Shown here piece after piece: positions 22,861 through 35,300 of a DNA stretch of 64,000 nucleotides. The DNA lies in NCBI GenBank assembly GCA_043228905.1, contig JBHGNT010000005.1, positions 16,492,001 through 16,556,000 on the forward strand, in the 5' to 3' direction. The translations under genes and the position numbers were made by a program. This DNA comes from Azolla caroliniana. Its lineage: Eukaryota > Plantae > Polypodiophyta. The notes under the pieces are model-generated. The model ran no database searches. It saw nothing but the letters and a program-made list of their open reading frames with translations, and was not told the DNA's origin. Numbering within the stretch: position 1 is the stretch's first letter; each line of letters begins with the position of its first letter.

Positions 22861-25800
22861 TTATCACAATCGAGCTTCCATAATTGCTTCTTATGTAGAG
22901 GGAGTTGTCGGATTTTGACATTCTAAAACCGATTCAATGAAGATACCGAGTGATCTTGGAGTGCCAAGCCCGTGGCGCTTGCTTAAGGTCATAGAGTCGC
23001 TTCTTTAGTCAATACATTGTTGTTGGATGAGTGCTCGATTCGAAGCCGGGTGGTTCTACCATGTAAACCTCCTCTTCTAATTTGCCTTGAAGAAATGCGT
23101 TCTTGACGCCCATTTGATGGAGGTGCCGCGCTTTCTCCGCTATAAGTGCAATCAGGGTTCGCACAATTATCATCTTTGCCAACGCGGCAAAGGTCTCTTC
23201 ATAGCTGACTCCATGTGTTTGTACGTATCCTTTCGCTACAAGTCGGGCTTTGTAACGATTGACAGAGTCGTTGATATTATACTTCGCCTTGAATTTCCAT
23301 CTGCAACCGACTGCCTTCTTGTGTGGTGAGTGCGGAACGAGATCCCATGTCTTGTTCTTAGAGAGAGCTTGCATCTCCTTGTTCATCGCTTCAACCCATC
23401 GTGGATCCTTGGCTACCTTGGAAAAAATTTCTGGTTCTCAAACTGTTGCCACCTTCATCATAAAGGCATAGTGATATGCCATATAGTCTTGTAGCCGAAT
23501 CGGCTAACCAGATTCTTCTATCGGGTGGAGCAATGGAGTTTCTCATTTGCGATGGCAATGGCTTTCTTTACACCAGGTGTCCTCATGATGGGTACATCGA
23601 AGCCACTAAGCTCACTCTCGAGTGAGTGACTTGATTCGTTTTCGAGAAGGTGTAAGAGTGGGTTCTACACATCACCGAGAAGGTGTAGAAGTGTGGAAAC
23701 CAGCACAAGAGAGAAGCAAACAACAACTCAAATCGTGGCAACCAATAGTGGAAGTGGTGGCTAGAAATCGAGTGGAAGGCTACATTGGTGGCTGATTTTT
23801 TTTTCAATTTTTTAGTGTCTCAAGCAATAGAGGAAGCAACCACCTGCTACAACTGAGGTGAACATCCTATCATAGCCACAAGAAATACGGCTAATTGGCT
23901 AAGAAGAGTTTACCAACAACATTCCTAGTCGACCGGCCACACCCTTGAGTAATAAATTTTTGCAAATATGTTGAATAATAGAAGGAGAATGGAAGAAATT
24001 GCAGGAATCAAATTCAGATCTCTCCATGAAGCGTTGGAAGTAGAAGGGCAAGGGTCACGAGAAGAGACAACTAGAATACTCAAGGAGACGGATGATGCCC
24101 ACAATGAAGCCCCATCGAATGATCGATTAGAAATATTCCGGCATTTTGGCCTTGCCTTTGTCCATATTCGGACTTGGTCGAGATCGCTCGGGAGCTCTTG
24201 TGGCCCACTAAGCATGGTCATGATCAAACTTTCTTCTAACATATGTCGCATTTGATCTTCATCTTCTATCTCTTGGTTGGCCATGTTCGGGTCGACTGGG
24301 GTTGGAGTTGGAGTCGTCTCTAGTTTGTACCAAGATGTTGACTCATCGAAAATGACGTCTTGACTCACTCAACTTTCTGGGTAGATGGGTTATAACACTT
24401 GTACCCCTTTTGTTTGAGTGAGTACCCTACAAGGATACATTTCTCCGACTTAGGATCGAGCTTCTCTCGTTTCTCATCAAGAATATGTACATACACAATT
24501 TAGCCAAATATCCTAACATGGGATAAATCTGGCTACTTTCCATTAAACTTCTTGTGGGGCGTTACGTCGTGCACCGCGAAGGCTGTACACATGTTCATGA
24601 GGTAGACGATTGTGTTGGCGGCTTTTGCTCAATACAACTTTGGCAGGTTCTTTTCGTTCATCATCGCCATGGCTACCTCTAATATGTGCCGATTCTTGCA
24701 TTCGACTACCTCATTTTGTTGAGGTGTATGTCAGCAAGAAAATTCTCGCTTGATTCCTTCTTGTCAAAGGTATGTCGTGAATGCATTAGAGAAGTATTCC
24801 TTGCCTCCATCTGACTGAAGACATCGGACATGCCGATCTGTGGTTTTCTCAACTTCATTCTTAAATTTTTGGAAGTGTTTGAACACTTTGCTCTTTGTCG
24901 CACGGGGAAGATTCAGGTGTACCTAGCGAAGTCATCAATAAAGGTTACGTAATATCTGCATTCGCCAAATGTAGTTGTCTGAGTCGGTCCCCATACGTCA
25001 AAATGAATTACATCCAGTATGTCTTTGCTCACGTTCCTCTCTTTCGGGAACAGGTGCCAGTGTTGCTTGCCGAATTGGCAGGCTGCACATACGCCTTCAA
25101 TCTCTTTCTCTTTGAAGGTCGGGAGCTTGATGACGACTCCTTTAGATTGCATTGCCTTGAGTTTATTGAGATTGATGTGGTCAATTCTCTTGTGCCACAA
25201 CTCTATGTTTCTGTCGGCTTTGAGGCCCTTTGCAAACATGGCTGATTTTACCTCGTTCAACTCAAGGATAAACATTTGTTCTTCCCTTCGACCGTGAGTG
25301 ATGAGTCAGCCTTCTTGATGAAACAACCATCTTAGTTTAATCGGACTGCATGCCTTGCTCCCCAATTTGGCCGATCGAGACCAAATTTTTCATTATGGTT
25401 GGTACATGCAAGACGTTATTGATGCAAGTTTGTTCGCCTTCGTTCCCGAATGGGACATTGTCGATGTGTCATATTGGATGAGTGGTATCATCTCCAATCT
25501 CAACATAGCCGGGTTGATCCGGCTCTCGAAGGTCTCAAACCCATTCTTGACGAGACGTCATATGGTTCGAAGCATCAAAGTCGACGAACCATACATCTTC
25601 CGGACCGGAGGCACTAGTTGAAGTAGATGCCAACATAGATTTGGCTCTATGTCTCGTCACGAACATTCCGCCATGGTCATCATAGTCGGAATTGGTGGCA
25701 TAATTGGTTAGTTGTCGGCTTGTGGAAGCCGAATCACGCTTCTTCTTTCGACACTCTTCTTCGTGGTGGCCGATTTTGCCACAATATTCGCATTCAATTG

Positions 25801-27149
25801 AGTTTTGTCAGCTTGGACTGGTATGGAAGGTCCCCCTTCTTCCGAACGTTCCTCGATTGTTTCCACTTTCTTGCCGAAATTGGGAGTTGTTTTCATAGGT
25901 CGAACCTCGTTTGCCTCGTCCTTGGCCGAATCGGCCGTGTCCTCTTCTTCCATTCGAGTGTGCGTAGAGCATGTGGCCTTCTGAGGCATTGCTCCTTGTT
26001 CGAACATGGTTTTCTTCAACCAACAACATTAATTGAAGATCGAAGGAGGGAGGATTCTCCCTTGCTAGATGGTGGTTCTCATCGCGCCAAACCGTGGTGC
26101 GAGGCTACCTAGGCATATTTGCACCATCTCATCATCCTCCACGTTGACGCTTATCGAGCTGAGTGAGTCACAAAGCTCCTTGATCTTCAAGGTGTAGCTT
26201 GTGATGGACATGTCTCTTTGTTGGATGTTGTTCAACTCTTGGCGGAGTTGAGGCTTTATTGCAGTTGTGTTGGCCACGAAGATCTTCCAGATTCTCTCAA
26301 GCTTCCTTTGGCGTCTTGGCTTCTCGAATGTAGCCAAGCATGTGATCATGGACACATTTTGCCAAACAATACATCACTCAGCTTGTCGCTTTCTCCCATG
26401 TTGAGTAGTCGGCGTCCTTTGGGTTGGGTTTGTTTTCTTGTGCTCCTTGAATGTAGCCTCAATGGGCTTGGCCGACAAGGTATTGGTGCATCTTGTACTC
26501 CCAAGATGCAAAATTGTTTTTGTCGTCCAACTTCTTGCTAGGGAGAGTGCTCCCCATTTGAGTATTCATTATGTCGATGTAGATTTCCTTCTTCTTTTCC
26601 TTTTCTCTCGAACACAAGCTATGTAGTGGCACTATGATAACGATAAGCCAATTCTTCTCGAACGTCGGTATAGGACACGACACATGCGGATGGGCTAGAT
26701 CGAGCTACCAAATCACTCTGATACCATGTAAAGAATCAGATATGATTATGTGCAACGGAAGAGGTGTGTGTGTGTGTGTGTGTGTGTGCGTGAAAAGGAG
26801 AGGACAGGACAGAAACACAAGATAGATAAAAGTAATGAAGTACTCAATAAGATGTATATTAACAAGGAGAATATCAAGTACAGAAATGTAGCATTACAAG
26901 GGAGGATAACTGACACTTTATGAAGTATTAACTCACTATAACGCCGACACACTCTCTCTAGAACTTTGGGGAATGTGGAGACTCATTATTCATGGGGAAT
27001 ATGGAACTCATTAGCTATGTGTGATAGAATATGATTCTATGACACATAATTAATGTGTCGAGAGTAGTGGCGACTTATGACCTTTGAGTGCTCATAGATG
27101 CTCAAATGTGTGTTCACACACTAAACTAGGTTGAGCTTGATTCTCAACG
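22860..27149 (-). mobile_element. Degenerate Ty1/copia element resembling bryophyte/lycophyte/fern (Bryco-like) lineages
   Basis: PBS ctctgatacca at 26716-26726 and 5' LTR from 26727 to ~27149. Gag MGSTLPSKKLDDKNNFASWEYKMHQYLVGQ, integrase [39 protein letters not shown]. Many stops, and a ~470-bp unrelated insert at ~23645-24110. Confidence 0.88.
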
Positions 27150-29307
27150 GTAGCATCATGGAAGCCTCAAATATATCAGACTATGGAAGCTATTTAGTGG
27201 CTTGCGCATGGATTAGGATCCTTCAACAGGGTTATTGTTGAGGATTGTCTGCAACAATTGGCAAATTTTAGAAAATTTTGTATGGGTTAGGTGCATTGTC
27301 AACAATCAATATGCCAAAAGAGGTTCAATAAGCCGGAAGTAACAAATCAGTGCGAAAAGAGAAAACATGCTCAAAATTTTGCAAGAACTTATAGGTAACA
27401 CACTAGAAGACTACTGAAATGCGGTCGTTGCTAATATGTGAGACTGAGAAGGTTTAGTGTTTGCATTGTGATGGCTTGACATTGACTTCAAGGGAATCTA
27501 ATGCTAATTGTTGGAAAAATTGTGGGTGTATCTTGCCATCCTTTGAACAAAAACCATAATCTCTAACTTTTGTTTAAACTTTAGATCATGTGATTTTTAG
27601 GTTTTTGGTGTTTGGAGTTTGTATATGTAAAACTATGATATTTTGATATGTGAATATGTATGGCTAAACTTTTTTATGATGGCTAAACTTTTTAGGGCTG
27701 TAATGATTTGGTTTCTCATGATATTTGAAGTTATTGGGTTTGCCTGGATATGTGTGATCTTTGAAACTTTTCGTGATTGAAATTTTGTGATCTTTGAAGT
27801 TTCTAGTCTCTTCCCAAAAAAATGGTTGGCGAAACTTTAAATTGTGGATAAAATTCAAGAAGGTTGGGTGTTTAAAATGATCATTAACTTTCATTTTACA
27901 TTATGTGATGGCCCAAGTTTTTGGTGGGTGGAGTTTTTTTTATATCTAAAACTTAGAGATTTTGATCTCTGAAAATGTTTTTGATTTTTTTTTTTGGTGA
28001 TCTTAGAAGTTTTTGAAATAAAATGGTATCTTCTGAATGTTCAACCGGGTTGGGTGCAAGTAGCTGGGTTAGAAATGAGACAACCGGGTTAACAACTTTG
28101 AGCTAGGTTAGGCATGACAGAGCCGGGTTAGACGAGACAAATGTAGGGGTAAAGCCGGGTCAGAGGTGACACAGAGGCAGGTCCGAGATGGGTTAATTTT
28201 TTAGGACAATGATCTGACGGTGCAGATTGTAGGGGGGGATTGCCGAGACCCCTGATGGCCTTGCATCGTCCGTGACTACGATTGATTCCCTCACCAGGCA
28301 GAGGCCTCTTTATGTTTTGGTCGCAAATAGAAACGAACACGAGTCCCCCTTTTCCTTCCCTTTCATGTCTTGACTTTGACTTAACTGGAATGGACTCTAC
28401 ATAAAGTCTATGTACTTACATGCTATACTCTTCTACTTTCTCGTGTTAATTTTCTTTGTTAACCGATGATGATGATGATGATGGATGTTTTATGTGGCAC
28501 TTACTTATGTATGTATGTATGTATGTATGTATGTATCATGTATGTATGTACTTGTTTGTGAAGGTGGCTGTTACATACATACATATTTTGACATTCTGAG
28601 TCGGGCTTCTCCGTTTGCTTGCTTTGACTCCTCATTTTACGAAGCGCCTCCTCAGTTTCTCTGCAAAACAGCCCGCGCAGCCATGCCTCTATGATCTCTC
28701 GCGCTTGAATGCAGGCAGAGCCTCTTGCCCGTTCGTAGATCCTCATCACCCCCTCCCGTCCGTCCGTCAGAGCGAGAAAATGAGAAAGATTGTTCCTTCA
28801 TAGCCGATTAAAGCGGCAGATCAGCCCTTTTCATCCATTGCATATTGGAGCTTTAATGCCGATGTTGTATGTAATTCGGGTATTTTTCTCCACGCAGCTG
28901 AGCTATTCATTTTTTTAAGGCATGCTCTTGGATGTGCTTTGGAGATAAACTTGTCTGTTCGCATATTATCAGAGAAAGATCGTGATATTTTTTTCTGTTT
29001 CTGTAACCGTTGAAAATTCTAGGAAAGAGAGATCCAGTTGATGATTTAGAATACTCTGCCTGGAATGTGCCAGAGTCAACTAGTTTCTTCATAGGTGATC
29101 AGTTTTCTTAATGTATCAGGCATAGCTCACCACTTTCTGGCCTTCACCAGAAGTGAAAGGCTCTGGCAGCTGAACTACTCCATATATCCCAGCACTGAAA
29201 CTATTGGAAAGATATTTGTGAAAGAAGCAGCAAAGCAATATGGCTATGCTTTACACATTTGACTTGGTAATCCAAAACGAGTGAGTGACGTCAGACAGGG
29301 TCCCACT

Positions 29308-32300
29308 ATGGCTACATCAAAATTTGGACTCCCTGGAGTTGCTGGAATGCTGGTTGGTCCTGCTGTAAAGGAAAACAATGGCTCATCACATTGTAGTTCT
29401 CATGGTCTTCTTGCTTATGGAGCTGGCAGCAGTATTGTCATTGTGGATGTGAGATCTATGCAGATTGTGACGGTTTTGCCTATGCCATGCCCTGGAACAA
29501 CAGCCGCTCAGGCAGCTCCTTTTGTCACAGCACTTCAATGGACACCCGAGGGTCTGCAGCGTGATCTTGCTGATGAATCACTTACAAGTAATCTGCATCT
29601 TGCTGTAGGAGATAGACAAGGTCGAATTGCTATCTGGAACGTCAGATGTGGTGAAGTCATCATGTGGCTCAGTCTTGAAGCAGATAAAGGGAGGTTGGGT
29701 ATACAAGATATTTGCTGGGTTTATGGAAAACCATGGCTATTGCTTTCTATACATGGTACATCCCTGATTTCTGTTTGGGACACAACAACTGGACGCTCAA
29801 TCTGGAGGCTTGATGCATCTCCTGAAATCCTTACCTGTGTCAAACGTGATCCATTTGATGCCAGACAGATTTGCATTGTTAGTTCAAAAGGTCTCTTATT
29901 ATCGGTTTACATTGGGGGACTCTTGGAACTAGATATCTCTGTGAAAAAGCACCAACTTAACATTCTGGAAGAACGGAGCAGCAATGCCATTGCTGGTGCA
30001 GGGAAAGGCAATGGGACAGCTGTAAGTGAGAGGGATGTAGGAAAAGATGGGGGAAGTGTGTCGAGTATATCTTATTTGGCAACTTCTGCTGCTGTTAGTC
30101 AAACACTTCTAGCAGGAAACAATGGCAGGTGCTTGTTTTCCACATCAAGCAGAGGAATATTGTACATTACCTTTCCCAGAGAACTTTTTGTGTTTGATCT
30201 ACAGTTTGGAACTGTGCTTTCAAACTCCACCTTGCCCAGGGGCTGCAGTAGATTCCTTGATCTTATAGCAAATGCAGATGGAGATGTTGTATACTGTGCT
30301 CACGTCGATGGCAAGCTCACAGCATGGTTGAGAAAACAGTGGGTCCTCCTCTCTAAACTGTTCAGTTTATATGTGTTTTTTATTTGCAAAGTTTACATTT
30401 TGATAGTTCTCCTCTTGCATAAATTTTAGGTATACAAATATTTTGAAATAGACATGCATTGTTTGCATCATGAATTTACCAGGATAGATTGTGAAAGAGA
30501 TCATTGAACCATCACACACATAAGCGTGCATGTGCCATCCTGAATGTGTCAGGTTTATTTGATAGCTGGTATGGATGCTGGAACAGTCGTTATGTGTTAC
30601 CGTTATCTTGATAGAGACTTGAAACTTACACAAGACCTGCATGATCTTTATAGGAGAGAGGCACAGTACAATCTTTTAACTCGAATACAAGGGCTGATTG
30701 AATGCTCAAAGCTCTTTTCTCAACGCACTGTATGAGACATGTATACTTCTATGTAGCTCTCGAGGGATGAGATGAAGATTATGCAGAAAGATCCTGATAT
30801 TATACTAGCCGTGGTCACAAATTATAATACTAGCTTATTCAGTGCTGATGTGGTCACAGATGAGGCCATCAATGCTTGAGAGCTGTCTCGGTCTATTATG
30901 ATGAGAGTGATGTCACCATCTAAGTAGGATATGTTTAGTTAGATTCTTTTATGATAGAGGTTATATAATAAATACTACCACAAGGAGCTCTATGGGTAAT
31001 GTTTTTGTCATGATGACCGAGCTAGATGCAGTTTTTTCTTGAGTACTGGTAGATGTTTCTGATGTGTTGCTACCTGGATTCATTAGATTTTTGATGCCAG
31101 TCATATACTTCAATTCATTTGTTCTGGCCCTGGTATGGTATCCCTCACTTTGAACAGAGGATATGGTTTGAAGCTGGCAGTAGAGGTTCTTGAAAATGAT
31201 CTAAGAATTCTTGTCAAGGTCACGTCCTTCATTGCAACACACAACTCCCTTAAAAGGATTGGTTCAATAGACTTGGAAAATATTTAGATGAGAAAATAAA
31301 TTGCCGCAATTATGAAAACGGAACAGGGAAAACTTATGATGTTTGTTGGGCATGTGGTTTTTAGAAATTGACCCCATCCCCACCCCTTCATCAAAAGTTT
31401 TATGCCCAACTGTGGAAAGTAGTATATTTGCATTAATTTCATGTGCTTCCACAGCACACCTCTGTATTGTTAATAGACTACTAGGTTTGAGCTCTTTTTT
31501 TCCACATTTTTACCTCAAAGCTAGAATTTTAGTTGAGATGGCCATTTTCATATATTGCCATGTTCAAATGGTAACATTTGCATTGAGTCAAAATGTGTTC
31601 AAACTTACAAAAGAATGGTGAAATATTTGTTTAAAATTTAATCTTCCAATTGGACAAGAATAAAACATAATCTTAGTCTTCTGAACTTAGTCTCCCTCTA
31701 TTGTCTTTGTCCCATTTCCTGTTTTTCAGTTTCCCTTATTATGTGTTTTCATGTGTTTTATTATGTTTCATGCCAACACCTTATTTTCTATAAACTTTTT
31801 CTCTCATGTGTGGACCCAAGCTTCAATAAATTTTAAAATTGGAATAGCCACTGGCTCTCTTGGCTCTCTTTGGCATATTGATCAGCGCCCCTGAATGTGT
31901 ACATATGTTTAAAAGTTCAATCTGTTAGAGCCTCAATCTTTTGCCATTTGTCATATAATCTGCTCCTCATTGCCCGTATGTATGTAGTATGTACTTTTAG
32001 TGTTAGGAGGGTTTGACATAGTACACTCTCCTTGGTCTCTATTGCTTATCATCCATCTGCCTGAAATTAGGGTTATTTGAAAATATAGATTAGTCCTTAC
32101 AGCCATTTTACAATGTTATGATAACCTAAACTCCTACCATCCTGCATTTACATGTTCTAAAACTGCAACATCTATACCTTCAGCAATGTATATTTCCATG
32201 GATGGTCCACTCTAGGCATAAACAATATCATGCATCTACAGATGGTATATGCAATGGGTATGCACATATATTATAATTATGAAATGACCTTTTTACGCAA

Positions 32301-35300
32301 GAATTCTCTATAACACATATCTGGTACAGTCAGGATGTATAATCTCATGTTTCTTCAAATTATTGTTGGAAATTGTGCAGAATAATCTAAAATTTAACTA
32401 ATTCATGTAAACAATTTTAGATGCTAGTCCACTCAGCACTCATACAACTTGAATATTGTAAGCTAGTCGCAAAGTCAAAACTAAATGGTGCATCATGGGA
32501 GGAAATAATGAATGAAAGAAAGAAAGATATTGTGGTGTGCATGTGTTCCTTTGTGCCACCCTTTTAGCACACCCTTTTTAGGATGCATGTACCTAAGCCG
32601 ACCCACCCTTTTAGCACACCCTTTTTAGCTAAGCCAACCCAAATGGGTACCTTTGTATCAACTATAAATTGAGTAAGAAGTAAAAAACTAACTAGGCTAG
32701 TTTTGATCTCTAATGTGCATTTCACATATTGGTGGAGATCCCAGGTTTTGTTGCATGGATCGATGTAAGCGGCAATCTCCTTCTTGAGGGTCTTGTTGAG
32801 GCGTCCGGTGAGGCCATTTGTCTGAGGATGGTATGGGGACTTAAGCACCTGTTGGACACCTAGTTGAGCTGCAACGACGTTGAGGACATCCCCGTGGAAC
32901 TGGCGGCCCTGATAAGATAATAGTTGGACGGGGCTAGTGACAAAAAACGAGCTAGAAATTGGCGGATAGAGATGAATCCCTCCTGTGGACTGAGGGCTAC
33001 CTGGACTTGGCTGAGGTGGGGGACAGGAGGGCTATCGTGTCGGAGGGGGATTGGGGAAAGATCAATCCCTCCTGTAGACTGAGGGCCACCTGGACTTGGT
33101 TGAGGTGGGGGACAGGAGGGCTATAGGCGGATAGAGATCAATCGCCCGTGGACTGAGGGCCACTTGGACTTGGCTGAAGTGGGGGATAGGAGGGCTATCA
33201 TGTAGGCGGGGGATCGGGGAAACTCGTGGGACAAGAAGATAGTGCGCAACCTAAGGTGAGGGGGAAGAGGTGGATGCTTGGACGTGGGGGACTGGTACGC
33301 CGCATATCCACCAATATGTGAGATGCACATAAGAGATCAAAACCAGCCTAGTTAGCTTCTTACTTCTTACTCAATTTATAGTTGATACAAAGGTACCCAT
33401 TTGGGTTGGCTTAGCTAAAAAGGGTGTGCTAAAAGGGTGGCACAAAGGAACACATGCACACCACAATATACTAATGTCGTTTAAGAGGCTAAAATGGTCT
33501 ATAAGACCAAACAAGAGATCACATCTTAAAATGTTGTCTTGTCTTTGAGAACAATAAAACCAAAGTAAACATAACTAAGTAAAAAAGTAAATAGAAATAG
33601 AATTAAGCCATGACCAAAGAACTCGTCATCTATACTTGTAAGATTCTCAAGTCAGATATATTGTTATTTTTGTCTTTTGAAAATTCTCTAGCATTTGTCT
33701 CCCTCTACATATCACGGGTAGAGACATCTAGATATATGTCTGATTGGGACTAAGGTTAGTGAACATTGGGTGAACTGTCTCTGCCTTCTGAGATGGTACA
33801 ATATGGTCAGTGGTAATAGGAAGATGTCTATTAATGCCATTTCTGAACATTCACTATCTTTGGACAGAGATGCTCCAGCTTCTAAGTGATATTGCTTTTG
33901 TTTATAGAAGAGGAAAGATGAAAACTTGAAACTGAAGTGTGCCATGTGAAATGTGTTATACCTGAGGTCTTCACTCTGAACCTTTGCAGGAATCAACAGG
34001 CATATTCCTTGTCTTTCATGGATGCTCTTTTGCCTCAATTGGGTACATCTGTTCCTGCTCCAGCTGTTCTTGCTGTTGTGAACTGTTCATATCAGATTTT
34101 TGTGGAGAACTCTGAAAACATTATGGAAAGTGCATCTTTCACTGCCGAGCAGATGAAATCGCCGTCCAAGCTGGAATCTCTTCCAGCAGTAGTATTAACG
34201 GCTCCAGTAGCTGGCAATAGCAACCCTTTATTGTCAAGAGTGAAGTATAAAGATAAAATGCCTGTTGAAACCACAATTATATCTATTTCTGATGATGGGA
34301 GGCTGTTGCATTGGTCTATAATATCTGGAGGCTCTTCAGAAACGAAATCTGTAATTGCAACTGAAGAGTCAATTTTTGATAATAAAATCAACGAAAGTGT
34401 AGGGAATGGTGAGTCAGGAAGGCAAGAATTCTTATCAGGGAAACTTGAATCAAGCCTTATCAACCCAATATTCAAGGTATGGGATGAATACACACACTCT
34501 GTTTTCTAGTTTGTTTTTCACATTAAAAATATTTGGATTGGTACAACGGAACTTTGCTTGTGCAGAGTGCCTTGAGCTATTATTTTTTGTGTTAGGTTAT
34601 GTTAACAGATCAGTTGAGTCTTCTTCCATCAACAATAACTACATTGGCTGTCCCTGTGCCATCTCTTTTAGCCACTGTGCCTGGTAAGAGCTGGAGTGTT
34701 TTCATATGTAAAATCTCATCCATCTACATAAGTGCTTATAGAAACCTGTGGTTACTCTTCGTTTTGTCAGGTGGGGGGAATGGTCCAGCAGTATCGACTC
34801 CATTGGTAGCTTTGGCCACACAAGGTGGAACTATTGAGGTTGTTGATGCCTTGTCCAATGCTGTCACCAGCTCATTCCTAGTTCATTCTGGTCCAGTTCG
34901 TGGACTACGCTGGCTAGGGAATTCTCGGCTTGTTTCATTCTCATTCACAGAGGTATATGAAATACATCAGAAGTGAAAGCAAATAATCTTCACCTATAGA
35001 AAATGTGTTTCTGTATGTATATGTATTGCAGAAGGTCTTTGTTTTGTGTTGGTCATATCCATCAATGTGAAACGTGTTTCCGGGATTGAAATGACAGAAC
35101 ACTTTTCACCTTCAAGGTGACTGAAGTATGGTGCTTCTGCCTTGTCAACACAAAATTGAGCATTTTAAAGAAAGAAAGTGATATTAACATCTTTTCAGAG
35201 GCCGAAATTGCCTATAAGACCAAAAAGGATATTACATCTTACAATGTTTTCTTGACATTGAGAATAACTAACAAAAATTAATATAAGTAGACATTGAATA

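Larger units (their letters stand above)
32512..33600 (-). mobile_element. LINE 3'-tail copy split by the Ginger insertion
   Basis: aaagaaagatat[Ginger]atatactaatgtcgtttaagaggctaaaatggtctataagacc rebuilds the common tail block. Confidence 0.8.

Noticed and set aside
21258-27149. A single intact copia element bounded by the LTRs at 21258-22206 and 26727-27149
   Set aside because: The two LTRs do not align by eye and no TSD is evident; this is more likely a composite nest.
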